From: Thermoplasmatota archaeon
GTDB lineage: Archaea; Thermoplasmatota; E2; JACPAO01; JAHFTW01
Direction of reading: 5' to 3'
Assembly: GCA_041601615.1 (NCBI GenBank)
Contig: JBFIHX010000005.1
Span: 136,548-200,547 of the forward strand
Length of the DNA: 64,000 nucleotides
Every line of letters starts with the position of its first letter. Positions within the stretch are counted from its first letter, which is position 1. Under the pieces are notes generated by a model. That model was not told the DNA's origin, searched no databases, and saw only the letters and a program-made list of their open reading frames with translations. Position numbers and translations under genes: made by a program. Shown here piece by piece: positions 18,432-27,800 of this stretch.

Positions 18432-19071
18432 ATGGCGGACTGGAGTCGGGGCCTAGGTCTCATCGCGGTTGCGCTTCTTGCCGGATTGATTGTTTTGATA
18501 GGCTTCGTGGGTGCTCCGGACCAAGGCGACGCGGGGGGCTATCAAGCGGCATTGCAGGAAAAAATCGGGGCTCCTTGGTGGCGCGGGGGTTCTTCTTGCG
18601 GCTGCGGGTGTGTCGTTGTTTCTGTTTCTACACGGCGTGTCTAGGCGTCATCGGCGGGGTGCTTGGACGGTGCCGCTTGGTGCGATTTGGGCCGGGTCAT
18701 GGATCATTGGTGGAATGTCGCTCTATGCAGCCACGGAGTTGGCGGGCTATCATGATCATGCAGCGGGAGCAAAGACGCTCGGGGGGCTGGGGTATCTGCT
18801 CGTTGTGAATCCTGTGGGGGCCATGCTTGGCGGCGTCTTCGCGCTCGGTTTTGGGGTGGCCGCTCGAGACGCGCCGCGCTGGTTGGCTAGCGTGTCCCTC
18901 GGACTTGGCGGTTTGTCTGTTGCAACGGCGTTGCTGGGAAGTGTTGGTGGGGTGGGGCTGTTGGGTCTTGGTCCAGTGGTCTTGTGGTTTCTTGCCTTGT
19001 CCTTCTGGTCTGCTGGGCGCACTTCGGGTGTGGTGTTGACTTTGCAGGTGCCCGCGGAGGATGCCGTCTAG
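18432..19071 (+). pseudogene. Multi-TM membrane protein (DUF4386-like) split by a +1 frameshift in an A6 run
   Basis: The MADWSRG...ALQEK frame joins the SGLLGGAGV... frame if A6 at 18559-18564 is read as A5. Confidence 0.7.
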
Positions 19072-19249
19072 GAATTTTTGCCAGTTGGCACCTCGCGCTT
19101 TGGTCTCGGGACCTGTGATTCGAAGGGAGGGGGTGCGCACGCAGGGAGGCAGCCTCCGTCGGGGTGCGGGGCGCACGGGATGGTCGGCCGAGGCGGAGTT
19201 TGGGTGGCTTGGATTTGGAGCTGGGAGGAAGGGGGAGGGTCGCGGGGCG

Positions 19250-19288
19250 TTAGCAGCATCCGGGTGGGCAGTTGCAGTTGGGGTCCAT
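19250..19288 (-). CDS. 12-aa Cys-rich micropeptide MDPNCNCPPGCC (putative micro-metallothionein)
   Basis: Reverse strand reads GGAGGTGA-ATTC-ATG GAC CCC AAC TGC AAC TGC CCA CCC GGA TGC TGC TAA; divergent from arsR. Confidence 0.7.
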   Translation of the reverse strand: MDPNCNCPPGCC

Positions 19289-19298
19289 GAATTCACCT

Positions 19299-19369
19299 CC
19301 ATGTCGATGTACATCAACATGGTAGACAAACTCTTTGGTGTCGACATACATCGACATGGGGCTTCATAT
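19299..19369. promoter_or_regulatory. Tandem palindromic ArsR/SmtB operators in a divergent promoter
   Basis: CCATGTCGATGT/ACATCAACATGG (12-bp arms, 1 mismatch) at 19299-19322 and a related GTGTCGACATACATCGACATGG at about 19348-19369. Confidence 0.75.
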
Positions 19370-19392
19370 CGAAGGACGGCATAACTGGAATC

Positions 19393-19749
19393 GTGACAGA
19401 CGCCGTGCTGCAAAAACGCCTGCAAGTCCTGCGTCAAGGCGGTGACTGCTGCCAAGACCTTCCTGGCCTCGTTGCTCGGGTGCAAGCAGAACCAGCACGG
19501 GCAGGGCTCCAGCGGCGCTTTGAGGCACTGGCCGACGAGAATCGCCTCTTCATTGCCCTGCTGCTTCGCGAACGGCCTGGTCTGTGTGCCTGCGAATTCC
19601 AAGCAGCACTCGATCTAACCCATCCAACCGTCAGCCACCACATGCGCGTCCTGCGCGAAGCTGGATTGGTGGATGCCGAGCGGCGCGGCCGATGGACGCA
19701 CTACACCCTAACCACTACCGCAATCGAATTGCTCGATGGTGCGAACTGA
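19393..19749 (+). CDS. arsR: ArsR/SmtB family metal-sensing repressor
   Basis: FEALADENR, GLCACEFQAAL (alpha3 CxC site), TVSHHMRVLREAGLV, RRGRWTHY; N-terminal CC pair. Confidence 0.9.
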   Translation: MTDAVLQKRLQVLRQGGDCCQDLPGLVARVQAEPARAGLQRRFEALADENRLFIALLLRERPGLCACEFQAALDLTHPTVSHHMRVLREAGLVDAERRGRWTHYTLTTTAIELLDGAN

Positions 19750-20192
19750 GCGCCAACCATGCGCTCTGGCGAACAATCTGGGATTAGCCTGAATTTGGCC
19801 CGGTCGTGACTCGTTCATCAAACTCCATGGGGCTCTTGCGGAGGCGAATCATGCACGAGACTGCAATAGATGCCGCGAAAACCGGCAACATAGCCCATAT
19901 CTGGCCGTAATTTTGCCAAGTTGTGCAACGAACGGGGCGGGCCCAACTTCCAAAATAGGGCCGCTTCGAGTCCTTCCTCCCAATCCTCCCCTGTCGCCCC
20001 GTTTTTCTCCGAGTCAGACGAACCCTCGGTGCCAGTGCGACTCTTGGAACAACAGAGACGAGTGGAGGCTTCGGCTCGTGCCAGAGGACCTATCAAGGCC
20101 CTGTTCGTGTCTTGATTCTACGGGATGCGTGATGCTCCCCGGCGTCTTCGTCGGGGGTCGCAACGAGCGTAGGCCATGCAGGGGTGCACAAT

Positions 20193-22583
20193 ATGACAAT
20201 GAAGGTCATCAATCGAAAAGGAGAGAGCGAAGAGGTCCGGTTCGACAAGATCCAGGACCGGATCAGCAGCCTGACCTACGGGCTGCATTCGAGCGTGGAT
20301 GTTGCCGAGGTGACAAAAAAGGTCATCGAGGGAATGGCCGACGGAATCACCACGCGCCAGCTGGACAAGCTGGCCTCAGAGACCGCCGCGTCCATGATGA
20401 CGACCCACCCGGACTACGGCAAACTCGCCGCCCGCATCGCGGTCAACGACCTGCACAAGCAGACGAAGGAATCATTCGCCGAGACCATTGAAACGCTCTA
20501 CGCCTACATCGACCCCAAGACCGGCAAACACGCGCCGCTCATCGCCGACGATGTCCTGGAAATCGTGCGCAACAACGCCGACACCCTCGACGCCGCCGTC
20601 CGCTTCGAGCGCGACTACGAATACGACTTCTTTGGCTTCAAAACCCTCGAACGAAGCTACCTCCTGAAAGTGGACAACGAAATCGCCGAACGCCCCCAGC
20701 ACATGCTGATGCGCGTCTCCGTAGGCATCCACAAAAACGACATCCCCAGCGCCCTAGAGACCTACGAACTGCTCTCGCAGGGCTACTTCACCCACGCCAC
20801 CCCCACGCTCTTCAACGCCGGCACCCCCCGCAGCCAGATGAGCAGCTGCTTCCTTCTCGACATGAAGGACGACAGCTTGGAAGGCATCTACGACACCCTC
20901 AAGCAATGCGCGATGATCAGCAAGTCCGCCGGCGGACTCGGCCTCGCCATCCACAAAGTACGCGCTCAAGGCAGCTACATTCGGGGCACCAACGGCGCCA
21001 GCAACGGCCTCGTGCCGATGCTCCGCGTCTTCAACAACACCGTCCGCTACGTGGACCAAGGTGGCGGCAAGCGCAAAGGTGCCCTCGCGGTCTACCTCGA
21101 ACCCTGGCACGCCGACGTATTCGAATTCCTGCAACTTCGCAAAAACCACGGCGTCGAAGAACAACGCGCCCGCGACTTGTTCTACGCCATGTGGATTCCT
21201 GACCTCTTCATGAAGCGCGTCGAGGACGACGGCACCTGGAGCCTCATGTGCCCCGACGAATGCCCCGGCATGGACGAAGTGTACGGCGACGAATTCGAAG
21301 CGCTCTACACGAAGTACGAAGCCCAAGGCAAGTTCCACCGCCAAGTTCGTGCCCGCGAACTCTGGGAAGAGATCCTCGGCGCCCAAATCGAAACCGGCAC
21401 GCCGTACATGCTCTACAAGGACAACGTCAACAAGAAGAGCCAACAGAAGAACATCGGCATCATCCGCAGCAGCAACCTCTGCACCGAGATCGTCGAGCAC
21501 ACCAACCCCGACGAAGTGGCCGTGTGCAACCTCGCCAGTCTCGCCCTCCCCAAGTTCGTCAACACTGAAAAGAAGGAGTATGACCACGAGGGCCTCTTCA
21601 ACGTCGTCTACCACGCCGTTCGCAACCTCAACAAGGTCATCGACCTCAACTACTACCCCGTAGAAGAGGCCAAGAGCAGCAACATGAAGCACCGCCCCGT
21701 CGGGCTTGGTGTTCAGGGCCTCGCAGACAGCTTTGCCATGCTCGGCTTGCCCTTCGACAGCGAAGAAGCGGCCCAGCTCAACAAGGACATCTTCGAGACC
21801 ATTTACTTCGCAGCCCTGCAAAGCAGCAAGGACATCGCGGCGGAGCTGGGCCCGTACGAGACGTTCGCCGGCAGCCCCGCCAGTGAGGGCGTTCTCCAAT
21901 TCGACATGTGGGGTGTACAACCCACCTCCGGTCGCTGGGACTGGACGACACTCAAGGCCCAAATCAAGCAACACGGCTTGCGCAACAGCCTCCTCGTGGC
22001 GCCCATGCCCACTGCCAGCACCAGCCAGATTCTGGGCAACAACGAGTGCTTCGAGCCGTTCACGAGCAACCTCTACACCCGCCGCACCCTCAGTGGCGAG
22101 TTCGTGGTCATCAACAAGCACCTCGTCAAGGACCTCCTGGCCGTCGGCTTGTGGAATGAGGAAATCAAGAACCAAATCGTGCTGGGCCAAGGCAGCATCC
22201 AGCGCATCGAGGCGATCCCGCAGCACATCCGCGACGTCTACAAGACGGTCTGGGAAATCAAGCAGCGCACCGTCATCGACATGGCCGCCGACCGTGGCGC
22301 CTTCATCGACCAGAGCCAGAGCTTGAACCTGCACGTCACTGAGCCGAACCTCGCCAAGATGACGAGCATGCACTTCCACGCCTGGCGCAAGGGCCTCAAG
22401 ACCGGCATGTACTACCTGCGCACCAAGGCCGCCGCCAGTGCCTTGCAGTTCACGGTGGACGCCAAGGAAGCCAAGGCGTTCCGCGAAAGCAGCGCCGCGA
22501 AGCCCGCCGCCGAGATGACGCCCGAAGAGCAGTTGGCGTGCAGCATCGACAATCCGGAAGACTGCGTGGCTTGCGGTAGCTGA
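20193..22583 (+). CDS. nrdA: Class Ia ribonucleotide reductase alpha (R1) subunit with ATP-cone
   Basis: VINRKG ATP-cone, [55 protein letters not shown] and C-terminal CVACGS. Confidence 0.98.
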   Translation: MTMKVINRKGESEEVRFDKIQDRISSLTYGLHSSVDVAEVTKKVIEGMADGITTRQLDKLASETAASMMTTHPDYGKLAARIAVNDLHKQTKESFAETIETLYAYIDPKTGKHAPLIADDVLEIVRNNADTLDAAVRFERDYEYDFFGFKTLERSYLLKVDNEIAERPQHMLMRVSVGIHKNDIPSALETYELLSQGYFTHATPTLFNAGTPRSQMSSCFLLDMKDDSLEGIYDTLKQCAMISKSAGGLGLAIHKVRAQGSYIRGTNGASNGLVPMLRVFNNTVRYVDQGGGKRKGALAVYLEPWHADVFEFLQLRKNHGVEEQRARDLFYAMWIPDLFMKRVEDDGTWSLMCPDECPGMDEVYGDEFEALYTKYEAQGKFHRQVRARELWEEILGAQIETGTPYMLYKDNVNKKSQQKNIGIIRSSNLCTEIVEHTNPDEVAVCNLASLALPKFVNTEKKEYDHEGLFNVVYHAVRNLNKVIDLNYYPVEEAKSSNMKHRPVGLGVQGLADSFAMLGLPFDSEEAAQLNKDIFETIYFAALQSSKDIAAELGPYETFAGSPASEGVLQFDMWGVQPTSGRWDWTTLKAQIKQHGLRNSLLVAPMPTASTSQILGNNECFEPFTSNLYTRRTLSGEFVVINKHLVKDLLAVGLWNEEIKNQIVLGQGSIQRIEAIPQHIRDVYKTVWEIKQRTVIDMAADRGAFIDQSQSLNLHVTEPNLAKMTSMHFHAWRKGLKTGMYYLRTKAAASALQFTVDAKEAKAFRESSAAKPAAEMTPEEQLACSIDNPEDCVACGS

Positions 22584-22596
22584 GCGCCTCCGGGCT

Positions 22597-22622
22597 CCTT
22601 TTTCCTTTCCTTTCTCCCTTTG
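22597..22622 (+). terminator. T/pyrimidine-rich archaeal-type terminator after nrdA
   Basis: CCTTTTTCCTTTCCTTTCTCCCTTT just after the stop. Confidence 0.5.
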
Positions 22623-22676
22623 AAGCCTTGGAGCGAAGCCTTCCCTTGGTTGGTTTGTATCGTAGTAATTACGAGA

Positions 22677-23588
22677 CTACGGCCCCGCTCCGCCGCGTCC
22701 CTTCCGCATGCGTAGGCTTCGGGGAATCGCCGATGCCAGCGCCAGGAGCAACATCCCGCCCAGAGCCATTTGCTGACCAAGCACCGGCCATGGCGAAACG
22801 AGCACACCGTGTACTGCCGCCGCGAGGCCCAACCCGAGCGCCGCCTTCACGGCTGCCTTCTGGATGCGCAACCGAGCGAGGCCCGCCGACGAAATCGCCT
22901 GCAACGACGCGGCTGTTAAGCCTCCCGCCAGCCACACCCACCAGGCGCCGCCGGGCGCGGAAAGGGCGAGGTAGGCACTCGCCGCGATGAACAACGGGTA
23001 GGTGGTGAAGCAGCCGATGCAGAGGCGCAAGCCGGCGGCGTGGTACACGTCTTCCGCGTACTCGGGCGTGTGTGGGTGGTGGCTGAGCCAGTGGGCCGGT
23101 AGATGCCGGGTGAGGGGGATCAGTAGAGGTGCTGCGGCAAATGCGACAGCCATTTCATGCGGTGCGGAGCCAAGGCAGGAACAATCGCCGCCGCCCGAAC
23201 CTCCGCCGCCTCCGCTGCCCCCGCCTCCGCCGCCGCTGCTGGAACTGCTGCCTCCGTCGCCGCAACAACCGCCACAGCCATCGCCCCCGCCGTCCCCACT
23301 GCTGCCGTCTGCGTCACAGCAACAACAGCCTCCGCCGGCTGGGCAACAGGTTGGCTCGCAATCGCCGCATTGGCAATCACAATCGCAAAGTCCACCCCCG
23401 CAGCAACAAATATTGAGAAGGCAGCAGCCGAGGCCGGCTAAGAGCGCGATGCCACCAAGCACGTACACCGTGATCCAACCCGCGGTCATGGGCAAGGTAG
23501 CGACCATGCCAACTAGGAGCAATGCTCGAATTGCCTGCCCGGTTGCCTTGGCGGCTCCACTTGACACGATCGGGCCAAATGGTTTCAA
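22677..23588 (-). CDS. Membrane protein with a Cys/Gly-rich segment and a DUF2085-like C-terminal domain
   Basis: About 21 Cys in CC/CCC/CCCC/CxC clusters, a Gly-Ser linker, then SHHP...LCIGCF and TM helices. Start uncertain. Confidence 0.7.
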   Translation of the reverse strand: MKPFGPIVSSGAAKATGQAIRALLLVGMVATLPMTAGWITVYVLGGIALLAGLGCCLLNICCCGGGLCDCDCQCGDCEPTCCPAGGGCCCCDADGSSGDGGGDGCGGCCGDGGSSSSSGGGGGGSGGGGGSGGGDCSCLGSAPHEMAVAFAAAPLLIPLTRHLPAHWLSHHPHTPEYAEDVYHAAGLRLCIGCFTTYPLFIAASAYLALSAPGGAWWVWLAGGLTAASLQAISSAGLARLRIQKAAVKAALGLGLAAAVHGVLVSPWPVLGQQMALGGMLLLALASAIPRSLRMRKGRGGAGP

Positions 23589-23638
23589 GAAAATAAGGAA
23601 AAGGTTTCACCGACGGGATTCGCCGATGTGTTTGGGCT

Positions 23639-24706
23639 TCAAACCTCGTCAAAGAGGTACTGATCAAACACGTCCATGCGGCTTTCCCAGTCGTTGGGGA
23701 ATAGGTAGCGCATGGTCATGGCCACGCTCGAGAGCAGCGAGTTGCCGTCTTGGGGCGTGAAGCAGTATCCTACGATGCGCTTGCCGCCTTCGAGCACCTT
23801 GAGGGTGTTGTGGGCAAGCACCGTCTGGTTGAGGATGCGGCCCATGTAGCCGTGGTCGCGGCCGAAGGCGAAAACGCTGTTGGCGCTCTTTTTGTAGGTG
23901 GTGCTGAGGCCGGGGTGGTCATGGAAGTGGTCCATGATTTCCTGCTCGGTGGTGGCGGTCTTGACGCGCATGTCAAAGTAGAGCGTGTGCATGAATTGCG
24001 TCGGCACTTTCATGGCGGTCGAGAACAGCTTGAGGTCCTTGCCTTGGGTTTGGTAGAGGTGCCAAACGTCGCGGGCGTGGTGGGTGCCGAATTCGCCATC
24101 CTTGTGAGTGCCTACTTCGGGCGCTCCGATGTTCTTGTCTTCGTAGACGTCCGAGCCGCGTCGGATGCAGTTGAAGTTGCCTTCCACGAGGTTGTCCTCG
24201 CCGTGTCGCAGGGCGATGGCATTGAGAATCGCTGCCATGTTGTGCGTGTTGCAGCTGACGATTTGCGTGAAGCGGTCGACGGCGGGGTCGATGGCGTCTT
24301 CGTTGATCCAGCGGCAGTAGGGTTTGCCGAAGCCGAATTCGCTGCCTTGGGCGAGGAATCCGCGTCCGGGTTTGTCGTACTTCTCGTAGAACTTCTGCTT
24401 GTTGGCAACACCGACGCCGCTGGGGGTGCAGTCGATGACGACCGTGGCGCGCTCGATGGCCTCTTCGGTTTCGTAGGCGACGGCCATGCCGAGGTTTTCG
24501 AAATCGGCCTTGACGGAGTCGGCGCAGGCGAGCTTGGCGCCGCGGCGAATCAAGTCCTGGATCTTGCTGCGGTCCGTGAATTGCGGCGTGCGCTTGTTGA
24601 ACGTGACCTCGTCGATGCCGAGCTCCTTTGCCTTGTCAGCAAACAGGTGGATGAGCGGCTCTCCGATGGTTCCGGTGCCGACGATGTGTACGATCTTCTG
24701 CGCCAT
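23639..24706 (-). CDS. gap: Archaeal type II glyceraldehyde-3-phosphate dehydrogenase-like protein
   Basis: GTGTIG Rossmann motif, VIDCTP, IVSCNTH (catalytic Cys), RRGSD, THHARDV, VPTQFMH. Confidence 0.8.
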   Translation of the reverse strand: MAQKIVHIVGTGTIGEPLIHLFADKAKELGIDEVTFNKRTPQFTDRSKIQDLIRRGAKLACADSVKADFENLGMAVAYETEEAIERATVVIDCTPSGVGVANKQKFYEKYDKPGRGFLAQGSEFGFGKPYCRWINEDAIDPAVDRFTQIVSCNTHNMAAILNAIALRHGEDNLVEGNFNCIRRGSDVYEDKNIGAPEVGTHKDGEFGTHHARDVWHLYQTQGKDLKLFSTAMKVPTQFMHTLYFDMRVKTATTEQEIMDHFHDHPGLSTTYKKSANSVFAFGRDHGYMGRILNQTVLAHNTLKVLEGGKRIVGYCFTPQDGNSLLSSVAMTMRYLFPNDWESRMDVFDQYLFDEV

Positions 24707-24864
24707 GAGGAATCCCTAAGGCCGTGGCCTTGGGCGGGCGACTGGGGAGGTGTTGAAAAAGGGTGGGTGGGGAGTTCGGGTGGAGGAATGCGGCGGGCTA
24801 AGGAATCATCCTGTTGCGAGGCGTGGATGGGGGCAAGGTGAAAAAAGGGGAAAATGGGCGCGCG

Positions 24865-27800
24865 TCAGCTCCTGCGAGTGAGGTAGGCACCTTCGCCATC
24901 GGCGTAGACAACGTGCGTTCGGCCATTGGGGTCCGTGTCAACGTCGAAGTTGTACAAACTGCGTAGTGGGTCACAGCCAATGGATATGCATCCGCTGTGG
25001 CCGTCCAGGTGTTGGTAGCTGTTGCCGGGGCCACAGGTCGTGTCGCCGCATTGGACAAAGCGCAGGTCCCGGTTGTTGTACGTGGAGAACAGGACCCAAG
25101 GGATGCCGGTGTCGTTGTACGCCACGTGGGAAACTGCGGGCCCCAGAACCGATTTTGACCAGGGGTCACATCCAAGGGGACAGGAGAGCCCGCCGTCGAA
25201 GGCGACGCCTCCCGTGGAGAAGGGGTTCCAGTGTTTTTCCGTACACCACTGGCTGAGGCAGCGGCCCAACTCGGCAGCGCTGAAGACGGCTCCCTGGTCG
25301 CTGAAGGCGAAAGTGGAGGGGCCATCGGGATTGAAGCCAAACCGACCTGCTTTCACGTCTTTATCGCGAAGAACCCGGTAGGTTGCTTCGGAGCAGTCCC
25401 TGTCGTGGCATTCGATGATGACTGGCTCGCCGCTTGGCCTGGCCATACCGGGGCCGATAACCTCCAGCGAGGGGTAGACAACGATCACGGGCAGGCCGTC
25501 GCGCCAGTAGATGTCCGAACGGTCGAATGTCTTGTGCTGGACATTCTCGCATCCCTGGGGAGCACAATTGGCTCCCAAGAGGTTGGTGCGTGTTAGGTCG
25601 CCCATGCAGTCTGGGGTATGGCAGCGGATGAACCCGAGGCCGAAGTGCTCCCATCCTGCATAGGCTTGATACTGGTAGGCTAGGACGGTGTCTCCTGTGG
25701 GTGAGATGCCGATACGGGACTTGAAGGCCTGTTGGTCTTCGTGGGCGCAGGCGGCGGGGCAGCCATTTCGAGCGCCTGCAACGATGCGGTACTCCACGTC
25801 ACCTGAGCAGTTTGCATCTTGGCATGCCGTGACGAACAGGCTGAAGGTGCCGTCGAAGAATTGGTTGCCTGCGTAGGTGAGCAGCACTTTGTCATCGGAT
25901 GTGCGTTGGATCTGTACTCCGTGGCCAGTGTTCCATTTGTGGTGGCAGTTCGTGGGGCAGGGTGCGTTGCCGTCTAGGACGCGACTCGTGGTCTGGTTGC
26001 AGTCTGCATCCAGGCAGCGCACGATGCTGACGGTCTCATGGTTGCCCTGGAAGTTGGTTCCGTAGTAGGGGTCGCTCAATTGGTACCCTTTGACGGCAAA
26101 GATCGGCGCGGCGCCGGAGGCATCCACAGCGACTTCGCGGCATTCCGCGATGCAGGTCGTCCGGTTGATGATTTGATGGGTCTCGAAGTTGTAAGCTACG
26201 TTGTTTGTGGGTTGATCGGGGATGTGGGCCCGAGCGGATGCTCCGGTCAATTCGAGGCGCCACCAGGGTTGGTCTTCTTCCTGGTATGCACCCACGGTGA
26301 TGGCACCTGGAGGATTTTCAGGGTCGAGTTCGCTCAATTCGGGATTAGGACAACCACCGGGATATGGGCAGGGATCAGGACAACCACCGTCAAGCAAGGA
26401 GCAGGGGTCAGGACAACCACCGTCAAGCAAGGAGCAGGGGTCAGGACAACCACCGTCAAGCAAGGAGCAGGGGTCAGACGGGAAACTCGGGGGTGCGGCG
26501 GGTCCGCAGCCACCATCGAGGCTGTCGCAGAGTAGCTGCACGCTCTGGTCCACAGTTTGCATGGTGCTCTCGATCCACTGGTTGACGCAGATTCCTTGGT
26601 CGCGGCAGACCTTGTGCTCCGCTTCTTGCGGATTGTTGATGGTCTGGAACGGGTTCTCTATCACGCAGGCTAGCGGTATATTGCAGACTTGCTGGTGCAG
26701 GGCTGCGCCCACGCCCTCCACGTCCTGGCGCGCCTGGTCGAAGTCAATGGTCTCCTCCACGTCCACGACGACAGGTTCACGCCAGCCGGGTGCATAATTT
26801 TCCAATCGGATGGATACTTGGATGTCCAATTTTTTCAATGGGAGGTCGGGGTCGCCGGGAAGCTGCACATTGCGAATCTCCTGTACCTGTCCAGTGCTTG
26901 CCACGACACGGGCCATCACATCATTGGCTTGCACATCGGCTAGCGTTTTGCCTGGGGTTTCGATTGGCCATCCATAATGGAGCCAGTCGTGCTCGAAGTA
27001 ATGGTTCAGGGGCTCTCGTACTCCCCCGGTCCAAGTGGCGCCGCCGTCCATGCTGACGGACACCTCGACCCATTCGACGGGTTGCGTCGGGTCAATATTG
27101 GCGGTCCAGGCGGGGGTTCCATCAAAGGTTGCGGCATTGGCGGCATTGTTCCAGCTACTGGTGGATACAACAGCATCTTGGAGTGGGTGGTATCCGGTCG
27201 TCTCGGGGGTGGACCGTTGGGTCTGCATCATGTGCTCGACTGCTTCGATGCCTCGATCGTCTAGGAAGCGAACTCGGAACAGTTGGTCCCATCCAGAAGG
27301 AGATTGGGTCAAAGGTTCATCAAAAGTGCCGGGGGTGGTGAGATTGCCGGTCGCGATGACCTGCCACTCCTCCACGCTGCGACTCCAGTATGCATTGCAA
27401 TCACATGGGGCGCGTTCCAGTGTCCACGACACGGTGCCGGTTCCATGGACATCGACTTTGAAGCGGGGGTCGGTGGAGGAATGCACGGTGGGGTGGGGCA
27501 CGCTGGTGAGGGCATCCATGGTGGCCGCTCCTGCCACATCCAAGCGTCCGGCGCCCTGGTAGTTTGGAATGGTTAGGTCCGTGTCCACGGCGGAGACGCG
27601 CAGCCGGGAGCGAATCTCATCTGCGCCCTGATTTGGGTTCTGTTCCAGCAGCAAGGCAACGGCTCCTGCGCCAACGGCGGCACTCATGCTGGTGCCGCTG
27701 AGGGCGATGTGATCTGCGTCGTGGCATTCGTATGATGTGCCGGAGCCGACGACTGATGCGCGTGCGGCGCAGATGGCCACGCCGGGGGCTACTAGGTCTG

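Noticed and set aside
15420-19071. Further integron cassettes downstream of attC2
   Set aside because: I found no GTCAAAC-type R'' partner or attC fold after these genes by eye; a covariance search could still find degenerate sites.
19800-19815. GGTCGTGACT resembling the start of a ZTP riboswitch
   Set aside because: The downstream conserved elements are absent.
20754-22379. Long antisense ORFs (also 4460-6229, 38868-40658, 50119-51972)
   Set aside because: Mirror frames of strongly codon-biased GC-rich genes, with no independent motifs.
26375-26473. 33-bp repeats as a CRISPR array
   Set aside because: Tandem without spacers, in frame inside a protease gene, and no cas genes in the window.
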